A DNA stretch of 64,000 nt, taken from Octopus sinensis. Taxonomy: Eukaryota. The translations under genes were made by a program, and so were the position numbers. A model generated the notes under the pieces. The model was not told the origin of the DNA. It ran no database searches and saw only the letters and a program-made list of their open reading frames with translations. This document shows, one piece after another, positions 26,868 to 37,401 of the stretch. Every line of letters starts with the position of its first letter. Within the stretch, counting starts at the first letter, position 1. The stretch is from contig NC_043013.1 in the NCBI RefSeq assembly GCF_006345805.1, positions 33,356,001 to 33,420,000 of the forward strand, read 5' to 3'.

Positions 26868-27421
26868 GAGTGAGAGAGCAGTTCATGCCATCAAAGTGAC
26901 ACTGGGGTAAAATATACGAAGCCCAATATACCCATCATGACTACCCGTCTGATAAAGGTACACCAGGCACATGCATCACAACCATATGTGCGCGACATGG
27001 TGATCTCATATCAAGATAAACAGCACATGACCTTGCAGGTGGGGCCCAGTTAGAATTTTCTTCAGATTGAGTAGCCCATCCCGCTCAAACGGTCCCTGAA
27101 TAAGGGTTGTTTAAGGATGTTGAAAGAACCACCCATGTTTCCAGAGGTGAACTATTCAAACCCCAAAGAATCCCTCTCAACACATGGCTATGATGCTCCC
27201 CCACTACTTCTGCTCGTGATCAGAGATGCACATATTGTCAGCCACGAAGGGACATGCTCAACTGGTTAAGGTCAAACAACTGACAAGCAAATCTGTGGTA
27301 TTGAGCAGAATATTTGCTGTAGCCCATCTTTTATACCAAGACAAAACAATGTACATGATAACACTTCCAATCAGTTAAGATCAGAAGCCATGAGAGCCAC
27401 TGCCTGGTACTGCATCAGGGC

Positions 27422-27423
<2 letters not shown>
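26868..27423 (-). mobile_element. Non-coding ~555-nt TAA-associated element, full-length copy
   Basis: Highly similar to 53551-54088; (TAA)n on both sides on the element sense strand; no ORF or tRNA head recognised. Confidence 0.9.
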
Positions 27424-27482
<59 letters not shown>

Positions 27483-27484
27483 GA

Positions 27485-27865
27485 GGCGGCGAGATGGCTG
27501 AATCGTTATCGCCCTGGATAAAATGCTTAACGGTATTTCGTCTGTCGCTACATTCTGAGTTCAACTTCCGCTGAGGTCGACTTTGCATTTCATCCTTTCG
27601 GGGTCGATGAATTAAGTACCAGTTACGCACTGGGGTCGATGTAATCGACTTAGTCCGTTTGTCGGTCCTTGTTTAGGCCCTTCTGGGTAGAAAAGAAATA
27701 GGTATTTCGTCTGTCTTTATGTTCTGAGTTCAAATTCCGCCGAGGTCGACTTTGCCTGTCATCCTTTCGGGGGTCGATAAAATAAGTATTAATGAAATAC
27801 TGGATTCGATGTAATCGACTCATCCTCTCCCCACAAGTTGTTGCCTTTGTTTACAAAATTTGAAA
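27485..27865 (+). mobile_element. SINE family A dimer
   Basis: Head plus two body units joined at aaagaaata|ggtatttcgtc. Confidence 0.9.
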
Positions 27866-27867
27866 TT

Positions 27868-27980
27868 CCTCTTCTTCTTCTTCTTCTTCTTCTTCTTCTT
27901 CTTCTTCTTCTTCTTCTTCTTCTTCTTCTTCTTCTTCTTCTTCTTCTACTTCTTCTTCTTCATCTTCTTCTTCTTCTTCT

Positions 27981-28014
<34 letters not shown>

Positions 28015-28060
28015 GTTCTTCTTCAACTTCTTCTTCTTCTCCTCCTCCTCCTCCCCCTCA
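27868..28060 (+). repeat. (TTC)n polypyrimidine tract
   Basis: About 60 units with few interruptions. Confidence 0.97.
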
Positions 28061-28454
28061 TTCTCCTTCGTCTGATTATTTTTATTATTATCACTAACGT
28101 TTTAAGATATTTAACACTTAGATTACATTATATCGTTACCAGTGACAGGGTACATTGACGCTGTGCAGGTATCAAGAAATATATAGATAATCAAGCCCTT
28201 GTCATATATATTTTTTTGTGTGTGTTGACTCTATCTTTTTCTTTCTCGCCATCAATGACACGCCATAAAACTTATGGTCAACGGGTATATCTTCTTCATA
28301 TGCAGGAAGCTTATTTATTTTATGTAATTAGCTGAGAACGTAACAGCCTCTCTGAAGTGAGTGATTAAATGCCGCATCAACTACAAATCACCATCTACAC
28401 CAGTGTGTCGTATCTTCACTCAGTAATAGGAAATCGTAATATGCGAAGCCAGTA

Positions 28455-28850
28455 TGACAGTAGGCTAGCAGAATCGTTAGCACGCCGGATTAAATGCTTA
28501 GCGGCATTTCGTCCGCTTTTACATTCAGAGTTCGAATTCCACCGAAGTTCACTTGGCCTTTCATCCTTTCTAGGTCGATAAAACAAGAAACAGTTGATTC
28601 CTGGGGCAGATTTAATCGACTTATCTCTTCCCAAAATTGCTGGCTTTGCGCCAAAACTTAAGTCACTATATGAAGCCACTGAAGGCAGTGATCAGATAGA
28701 ATCATTAACAGACCGGATACAAATCTTGGCGGCATTTCGTCCGTTCTTACTTTCTGAGTTCGAGTTCCGTCGAGGTTGACTTGGCCTCTCATCCTATTCG
28801 GGTCCATAAAACAAGTACCTCTTGAGAACTGGATGCTTTTGCTGGTGTAG
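28455..28850 (+). mobile_element. Two adjacent decayed SINE family A copies
   Basis: Two head+body units, at about 28455-28660 and 28675-28850. Confidence 0.8.
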
Positions 28851-29803
28851 TGCATATACTTAAAATTACAATAACCAACGTGCCCCTTCTTCTAAAAAAT
28901 GACATAGTGTGATTTGACGGTATTTAGCTGCTATTGCTGGCAAATTGCTGGGATGTATATACATGCGCGTGGAGATAAAATTGGGGTGGGGTATTGTACA
29001 TTACATCATAGGGTACGCAACGAGTTTGATGATGTTTGTTGTAGATTGCATACTCACAAGCACACACGCACACACAATCACAAACACCAACCTGTGTGTA
29101 TGTGTGTATTTAAAACATTTTATACTTTCCCAGGATAATCTATAGCCGGAAGGAAACTTTCGATGACAAAATCCCAATTACTTTGTTGTAAATGTATGTT
29201 TTCGAAAGGTTACGTACCACAAATAGTGATATTTTATTTTTTAAGACACGTGCCTGAAACTGCGCATAGCATGATACCCACAGACATATTCTCTTCTCAC
29301 ACCTAGAATAATTCTATACCCAGTACATTAATCTTACTTATTATCGGTGGTACCTGTGCAGTTTCTTGTGCACGCGTACGCGTGTACGTATGTGCATGTG
29401 CGTATGCATGTGTATTTGCATGTGTATTTGTGTATGTGTTTGTGTGTGTGTGTGTGTATGTGTGTGTGTGTGTGTATGTGTGTGTGTGTATGTGTGAAAT
29501 CAGCAAGTATTAACAGTAATTGACTTACATTGCTTTAAGCTACTTAAAATTGCATTTTGAAATATACCTCTGCTAAAATACAACCAACTTGATTCCGCTA
29601 AAATAATGTTCCATTATTTTAACTAATTTATTGTAGATTCGTTAATATCGACACAATTTTGCGAGGCAGCCTTTTTTTCACGCTACTTATCATTTTGAGT
29701 TGGCTGCGATATTAAGCATTCTTATATCAATAAAATATAGTAGAATTCGAATACCGGAAAAATGAACTCTAAACTTCTTTCGTCAGTGTTGGAAGCGTAT
29801 ATT

Positions 29804-30720
29804 TACATGGTTATCGGGATAAATTTGACAGTTCCCATAAAAAGAAGAAAACACACTATACCATCCAAAAATAAAGTTATGTTAAAGAAATCAAAGGCAT
29901 CAAATAGATTATAGCTGGGGGATAACTGTTTACTCAAAGTAGCCATCCTCAGTTTCTATCATGGCCTCAAGATAGCTCCGAAATCAGGCTCATGCGTTTG
30001 TCACTGTATCCCATGAGAAGATCTGCCAACATATCATTGATGTTGCAGAGAAAGCTGTGGGTTTTTTCTCAACAGAATCCCACACAGTGTAATCCATGGG
30101 ATTAGAATCCAAGGAATTAGGGAGCAAGAAACTGGGGCTGGTGAAGTAGTAGAAATTCTTGTCCAACCGCTTCTACCTCTTTCTGGAGGTAGGGCAAGCG
30201 AATCCTACTGCTACACATAAGGCCTTTCTGAGAATGTGCACTTTCAAATGTTTCTCAAAATTGTAACCTTTTGATGTAAAATGCTTGACAAGTTCTGTCG
30301 AGCTACTGCTATTGTACCTGATGTGATAGCTGTGCCCATTGTTTCTTTTGTTTAACTGTTGTTGTACAAGCAACATGAATCAAGATGTGTTTGGTGCAGC
30401 CTGCTGCGTATATCAAATGAGAATCTTTAAACGCCAAACTTTCTGTATAAATCATAACATTGACTCGACTTTTGTTGCTGTACAATGAACAGGGAGACTG
30501 TTTTCGAGGTGCAGCTGTTTTTCAAGATGTAGCGTTCAGAAGCAATCCACACCAGTGTGAGATTGACTACAGTTTTCACCATCTTTACATAGATTTCTGA
30601 ATTGAGCCTGAGGCCCTCTACAAAGATGTAGGGTGGCATGATGACAACCTTACAGGAGTCATACTCAAAGACCATCACAATTTGAGGAAACTTAGATTTT
30701 ATGATGTCCATGTTACACCT
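29804..30720 (-). mobile_element. Decayed maT/Tc1-like (DD37D-type) transposase relic with an internal ~320-bp insertion
   Basis: KFPQIVMVF..VIMPPYIFVEGLRLNSEIYVKMVKTVV and LDKNFYYFTSPSFLLPNSLDSNPMDYTVW..FRSYLEAMIETEDGYFE; similar to the 48.4-49.4 kb relic. Confidence 0.85.
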
Positions 30721-30829
30721 TACAACCTTTATAGTTTTCTAAGAGGATTGGACAGCACTTATGATATCGGCATCTTGATACCTAACACGAATGATCATGA
30801 TACAGGTAACTCTCCCAATATGAAGGTGG

Positions 30830-31050
30830 CTTAGTGTGGCGAGCTGGCAGAATCGTTAGCACGCGTGACAAAAGGGTTAAGCATTTTCTTTTTAGCAAGG
30901 TGAATTCAAATTGCACCGAGGTTAACTTTCCCATCCATCATTTCGAGGTTGATAAAATGAGAACAAGATGAACACATGTGTCGCTGTAATCGACTTACTC
31001 TCTCCCTCAAAAATACTGGCCTTGTGCCAAAATTTGAAAACAATATTAAG
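30830..31050 (+). mobile_element. SINE family A, decayed
   Basis: gtggcgagctggcagaatcgttagcacg head with recognisable body and tail. Confidence 0.8.
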
Positions 31051-31102
31051 ATGGCTTCCAGATCTCCATGTCAGTTGACATTTTCTCAACTGCAACTATA
31101 TG

Positions 31103-31320
31103 CGAAGGAGCGCTGATAAGTTCGTGGCTTTGAGTAAAAGAAAATACAGGAGGATTAGTTGATTAGGATTTTATACAACTGATTTGTTTCTTAGATTCAC
31201 ACACTTGCTGCAGCGGTCATTCAGTTTTTCTAAGCCCTGTAAAAGAACTTTGGAAGTTTGGGCCTCCAAACAGCTTTTTCGAGATACACTAGAAGCCATG
31301 AACTTTTTGGCACTCCCTCG
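31103..31320 (-). mobile_element. Mariner-derived MITE (218 bp)
   Basis: TIRs cgaaggagcgctgataagttcgtggct / agccatgaactttttggcactccctcg followed by TA; the interior is the reverse complement of a mariner C-terminus. Confidence 0.8.
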
Positions 31321-31469
31321 TATGTATATATCGGTAGGTGATAAAATGAAATACTACGCTAGTTCTTCAACTGTGAGCCGATCATTCTGCATTTATTTCG
31401 TTTTGATTATTTTTTTCCCATTTTAATTCCTCTCATGGATGTATCTATATTTTTTAATATATGAAATTT

Positions 31470-31682
31470 ACATGGCGGCGAGCAGGCAAAACGTTAGCAG
31501 ACCGGGCAAAATGCTTATTTCGTCTGTCTTTATATTCTGAGCTCAAATTCCGCCAAAGTAAACTTTGACTTTCATCCTTTCGGGGTCGATAGATTAAATA
31601 CCAGTGGCGTGCTGAGGTCGATCTAATCGCCTGGCCCCCGCCCCATAAATTTCGGGCCTTGTGCCTAGAGTAGAAAAGAATA
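31470..31682 (+). mobile_element. SINE family A
   Basis: Head with an internal deletion, body, and tail ..gggccttgtgcctagagtagaaaaga. Confidence 0.85.
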
Positions 31683-31741
31683 TATGAAATTTATTTTTTT
31701 GTGAAAAATGGCTCTCTTTAAAACCTTTTACATAACAAAAT

Positions 31742-31745
31742 TCTG

Positions 31746-31836
<91 letters not shown>

Positions 31837-31838
31837 GC

Positions 31839-31929
<91 letters not shown>

Positions 31930-31934
31930 CCTAC

Positions 31935-31973
<39 letters not shown>

Positions 31974-32020
31974 CCTACCTATCTATCTATCCATCTACCT
32001 ATCTATCTATCCTTCTATTT
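31742..32020 (+). repeat. (TCTA)n microsatellite
   Basis: About 65-70 units with CCTA variants. Confidence 0.97.
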
Positions 32021-32422
32021 ATTTGTCTATCTCTCTATACATCCATCGATCTATACTAGTCTCCCTGTGTATATAATAATGTACATCCATCGTTGGCTAT
32101 ATGTGGGCAATGTATAGTAGTGTATATGCATGTATGGATTTATTTATATACCTATATTTCAATACATCTCTATATATCTACATATGTATACCTATGTACG
32201 TATCGAAGCTGGGTGAGAGAGACAAGGAGAAAGAGAAAAACGGATACACAGGCAGGTACAAAGGCAGGGAAAAAAAGAGGGAGGGAGAATAGAAATCTAT
32301 TTATGTACGTATACATGTAATTATAATCATAGAAGGAACCAAAGACATTTTACAATTATGATATCTTAAATTGAAAAGAATACGTCCGCAACATATAAAT
32401 TCCAATATATATATATATATAT

Positions 32423-32480
<58 letters not shown>

Positions 32481-32529
32481 GGGTGTGTATGGATGTATGC
32501 ATATATATACATATATATATATATAATAT

Positions 32530-32577
<48 letters not shown>

Positions 32578-32686
32578 CTTTTACAAAAGAGAATGAAATA
32601 AATTTTACACTGATTATACACCGTTCAAAAAGTACATATTTGAAATACGAATAGGATATGTAAATAAACACACACACACACACACA

Positions 32687-32717
<31 letters not shown>

Positions 32718-33218
32718 CATGTACGCGCACATACACATGCAACACATCATGCGTATATTTACTGTACGTATGTATTGAATGAAGGATTAAGTTCCAGTTA
32801 CGAAACATGTTTCCCTTAAACGGTTGTTGAAAAATAATTGCTTTCAAAAAGATTTGAACAATATTCATATTTTCAACCTTATCATCGTTGTTATTATTGT
32901 TCATTTTTTTTTAATGTATATTTATTTTTTATATTTTGCATATTTTCAAAGACCATTATATTTTTTATCTTCAAAATATCTCTACTGGATATTTAGAAGT
33001 AACCCCATTTAAAGAACCTACTCCCACCACCACCACCACCACCACAGAAAGAGAAAGAAACAAGACCTAGAAAATAATTCAGTAGTCCATTTAAGAATTT
33101 TCAAAACAAAATATAAAGATATGTCTATGAGTGTATGATTAGTAAACGCAAACATGCATATGCAAGAATACATACATACAAACGTATATGCATACACCTA
33201 CATCCATGCATACACACG

Positions 33219-33261
<43 letters not shown>

Positions 33262-33277
33262 GTGTATGGATGTATGC

Positions 33278-33309
<32 letters not shown>

Positions 33310-33721
33310 GTATGTATATCTAAGTGCACGTGCACCTTCATATATATATATATTTTATATAGGAATGTGTATATATATGTATGTACACATATGCTTGAGC
33401 GCGTGTTCGTGCGTCATTGCGACTTTCTTCTTCTCTTTGAGTCTTTGATAGATATGCACTCAGACAAAAACAATTTAAACATATTTGAACTTAATCGATA
33501 TTGGCTGAAGAATTATTTAGTGAACGCCAAATTACCACATGGAACTTTTAAAAATCCTATAAGAAAACAAAATCTAATTGATTTTGTTAAGTAGTAAGCA
33601 TTTCCATATTTCCTAATATAGAAAACTTAGTTTACATTCCTAGGAAAGTTTTACAAAGGATATTTCTTTAGGTTCCCACATGTAAATTGAGATGAAATTT
33701 ATAATGATACTACTACTACTA

Positions 33722-33771
<50 letters not shown>

Positions 33772-33775
<4 letters not shown>

Positions 33776-33889
33776 GGCCCGAATCATCGGGTAAGTATTA
33801 GATAGTTGAAAACAGAAGATAGCATGGTACCATAAGTTTTAGTACCATGTAAGACTCCAGGATTTCAAAGAAAGCCTGAGTTATAAGAC
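33772..33889 (+). mobile_element. Extreme 3' fragment of an R4/Dong-like element
   Basis: Encodes TARIIG*VLDS* (cf. TARIIRKVLD) plus a 3' UTR; alignable with 41632-41802; lies between (CTA)n and (TGA)n(TAA)n. Confidence 0.75.
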
Positions 33890-33936
33890 TGATGATGATG
33901 ATGATGACGATGATGATGATGATGATGATGATGATG

Positions 33937-33977
<41 letters not shown>

Positions 33978-33978
<1 letters not shown>

Positions 33979-34075
33979 GCACCACAACAAACCACAGCAC
34001 ATACCCAAGGCACACAAAGTTGTGCTCGGTAGTGAAGTGAAAGCACGTGATAAAAATACGACTACTGAATAATAA
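33978..34075 (+). mobile_element. 3'-UTR-only fragment of an R4/Dong-like family
   Basis: Contains ACC-CAAGG-CAC(loop)GTG-CTC-GGT, the same fold as the 3'-UTR motifs at 37435 and 41920; bounded by TAA repeats. Confidence 0.6.
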
Positions 34076-34159
34076 GCGTGGTACTCCGTCGGTTACAACG
34101 ACAAGGGTTCCAGTTGATCTGATTAACGGAACTATAATAGTAATAATAGTAATAATAAT

Positions 34160-35125
34160 AATTCATGAAGAGAATAAAATGATCGCCCATACCCGAAGAG
34201 AGCAAATGGAGGAAGGTGACTGGTAAGTGTGGAAGACTGCATGTTTATCGAACTCGAGAGCTTAATGAGATACCTATTCCATAGTAAGGAAACCTTGCTA
34301 GTGACAGTTAAGAACGGGAGAATATTGAGAGAAGAGTAAAAAAGGGAAAACAAAGAAGCACAAAAAAGAATTGAAGAAGAAGAATTACGCAAGAAGGTAC
34401 TTCACAATCAATTCCACGTTGCCACAATAGAAGCTACTAGAAAAATAGGTGGGATTGGCTGATGAAAGGAAGCCCCAACAAAGAGACCGAGAGCACTTTA
34501 TTGGCAGCACAGGACTAAGCTCTGGCCACGAAGTGGAGGGGCAACCTCAGGAATGAGCAAGTGTCTCCGCTGTACCGCATCTGCAATAGAGTGGATGAAA
34601 CCATTGCCCATATCACATACGATTGCCCTAGACTTGCTCCAAATCACTACAAGTTGTGGTGGCACGATCAGGTAGTGTAAGTGCTACATTGGAAACTGCG
34701 AAGAGTGGGGGCTAGAGAGAGGCAAGACGTGGTATGGGCACAAACCGCAGAGAGTGGCGGGGTCGGAGACTAGAAAAATCTTCTGGAATTTTCCAATCCA
34801 AACAGACCAGGTGCTAGAGCATAACAGACCGGACTTAGTGGTGGTGGACAACCATATAGTTGATGTTGCATACCCGATTGACCCACGAATGGTCAAGAAG
34901 TAAGGTGAAAAGATAGATAGATAGATACAACCCTTTTAAGTACGAAATAGTCCGGCTATGGAAAATGAAGAAGGTGAAATAGTGCCGGTTATTGGTGGTG
35001 GGTCATTGGGAACAATATGAGAAGCATCAAGAAGAATATAAAGGAAATTAGAATACAATGCTAAGTAGAACTGTTACAAAGGTTTGCCTCCTTGGCACGG
35101 CCAGAAAGATCAGGAAAGCTGCTCA
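34160..35125 (+). pseudogene. 5'-truncated decayed R4/Dong-like element (thumb, Zn knuckle, RLE)
   Basis: Relics include ETESTLLAAQD*AL, RICNRVDETIAHI, WNFPIQTDQVLEHNRPDLVVVD and ELLQ..LGTAR.IRK. Confidence 0.88.
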
Positions 35126-35429
35126 GAATGCACAACGCACGCCACCCTAAATCTAATACTAATAGACTATACTAATGAAAGGAAGATGGCAGATGATTAC
35201 TAAACACAGAAGACAATGTTAGTACTATGATACTGTGGTTGAAAAAGCTTATGTGTAAAAAAATCACGTGATTGAAAAAACTTATGAGTAAAGAACGAAT
35301 GCGATCGGACAAAAATATGATTGAAACAGTAGAATTCAGCTAGAGAAGGAAGAACAACAGAATAAACAAATGAAATGAAGTGGAATTACATGTGCAATTA
35401 ATGAAAGAAACCGAGAATATTGAAAATGA

Positions 35430-36090
35430 ACGCAAGCTCCGTTTGATGGATGGAGACTCGAAACTACAGACCGAGAAACTAATCATAACTACTCAAGAAG
35501 AAGCTATTAAAACGAATCTTATAAAGGAAAAAGATCAAGAAAACTCAGTCAGATACTAAAAGTAGATGGAATCTGCAGGAAAGGAAAGTAAAGTATCGAT
35601 CATCTCTTGAGTGAGTGCCGTATACTAGCACAAAAAGAGTATAAGTGCAGGTATGAGTGCATAAGCAAAAGAGTGCATTGAGATGTTAACCGAGTGGTTG
35701 GCTTCAAAATGACACAGAAGTAGTATCAACACGAACCAGAGACTGTGATAGAAAATGAGAACTGAACACATGGGACTTTCCCATACAGACTGACCAAAGT
35801 ATTGAAGCAAAAAGACCAACTATGATATTATATAATTAGAGTATACTAAATAACAGTGTAAGATAATAGATTTTGCAATTCCCTGTGATATGAGTGTCGA
35901 TAACATAGAAATTTTAAAATAAATGAGAAATATCAGATTATGATGAGAGAGCTGAGGAGAGACTGTGGAATCTAAGAGAACAATTGACAGTAATTACTGC
36001 ACTTGGCACCATGTCCAAAATACTACCTAAGAGACTGGAAGTGATTGAAACGAAGGGTCGCATTGTCGACCTGCAAAATAATTTGAAATT
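35430..36090 (+). pseudogene. Heavily decayed R4/Dong-like 3' fragment
   Basis: TEKLIITTQEEAIKTN, WDFPIQTDQSIEAKRP, KIIDFAIPCD and ALGTMSK relics. Confidence 0.78.
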
Positions 36091-36157
36091 TGAGACTTGT
36101 CACCAAACCGCCAGAAAAAAATCATACTGATTATATTAGCTTAACATCATCATCATC

Positions 36158-36211
<54 letters not shown>

Positions 36212-36269
36212 GGGCAGCTGAAATAAATTTACAATGAAAAGAAACAATAAATGATAATGATAATAACTC

Positions 36270-36900
36270 AACAATAGACGCCCAGGACAAGTCATTAGAA
36301 CGTGTTTGAAAAAGAGTGATTGCTAAAACTGTGAGCTGATACAGAATATGTGGTGAAGGAAACAAAGATATTATCTGTTGGTTAATGCAGTCTTAATCAT
36401 AGAAAATGGCATTAGCGCAGGCACGACTGTCGGTAAAAGAGCGTATTGGAATTTTAGTCGAGTTTCTAGATTCAAAATGATAGAAAAATTCTAAGAATAC
36501 AAGCCAGAAGCTCTAGTGTTGAATGATAATGAAAGGAATTTATGGCATTTGTCTATAAAAATTGACTGTCCTATTAAAGCAAGGAAAGGAGTTTTGATTG
36601 TAAAAAAAAAAAAAGAAATTTGCACGATCATAGACTTTGCAATACCAAATGGTAGGAGAGTGAATATCGAAGAAAAAGAGAGTAAACTGAGAAACATCAA
36701 GACCAAACTAGACAGATGAAGTGTTTGTAGAAGAGAAATCTAACCATTTTTTCTGTGGTAATTGCTTCACTTGGCATAATACACAAACTGCAACAGAAAA
36801 GGTTGAAGGAAACTGCATTTGAGACACACATTGTCGACCTGTAGTAAAGTGCTGTCTTCTATTCGCCAAGAATCCTAAGAAATATTCTTGACATTTGACG
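36270..36900 (+). pseudogene. Decayed R4/Dong-like 3' fragment
   Basis: YRICGEGN, EYKPEALVLNDNERNLW..IDCPIKARKGVLIV..CTIIDFAIP relics. Confidence 0.78.
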
Positions 36901-36990
36901 AGATTTATTTTCGCTAAATCTTAAGATGGCATCCGTGCTAAATAAATTAGCAAGTGATAAATTTTGAACAATATAGATGATGCTAATGAA

Positions 36991-37056
<66 letters not shown>

Positions 37057-37079
37057 AGCATTCTTAATAATAATAACAA

Positions 37080-37280
37080 TCGTTTCTATTATAGGCACAA
37101 GGCGTGTAATTTGGAAGGAGTGGAGTTTGTCGATTACATCGACCACAGCATGTGACTGGTAGTTATTTTATCGACCTGGGACGAAATAAAGTCGAATTCG
37201 CTCTCAGCGACATTTCTTCTCAGAAGAATTGATGCTAAGCATTTTTCCAGGCGCGGTAGCTACTCTGTAAGCTCACTGAC
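37080..37280 (-). mobile_element. SINE family A, old copy
   Basis: aggcacaagg tail, gtcgattacatcgacc..ctggta.ttattttatcgacc body and a decayed head. Confidence 0.7.
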
Positions 37281-37284
37281 TAAA

Positions 37285-37344
<60 letters not shown>

Positions 37345-37366
37345 ATTTATTATTATTATTATTATA

Positions 37367-37400
<34 letters not shown>

Positions 37401-37401
<1 letters not shown>

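Noticed and set aside
30170-30200. Terminal hairpin as a Helitron 3' end
   Set aside because: It is not followed by CTRR on either strand, and no matching 5' TC was identified.
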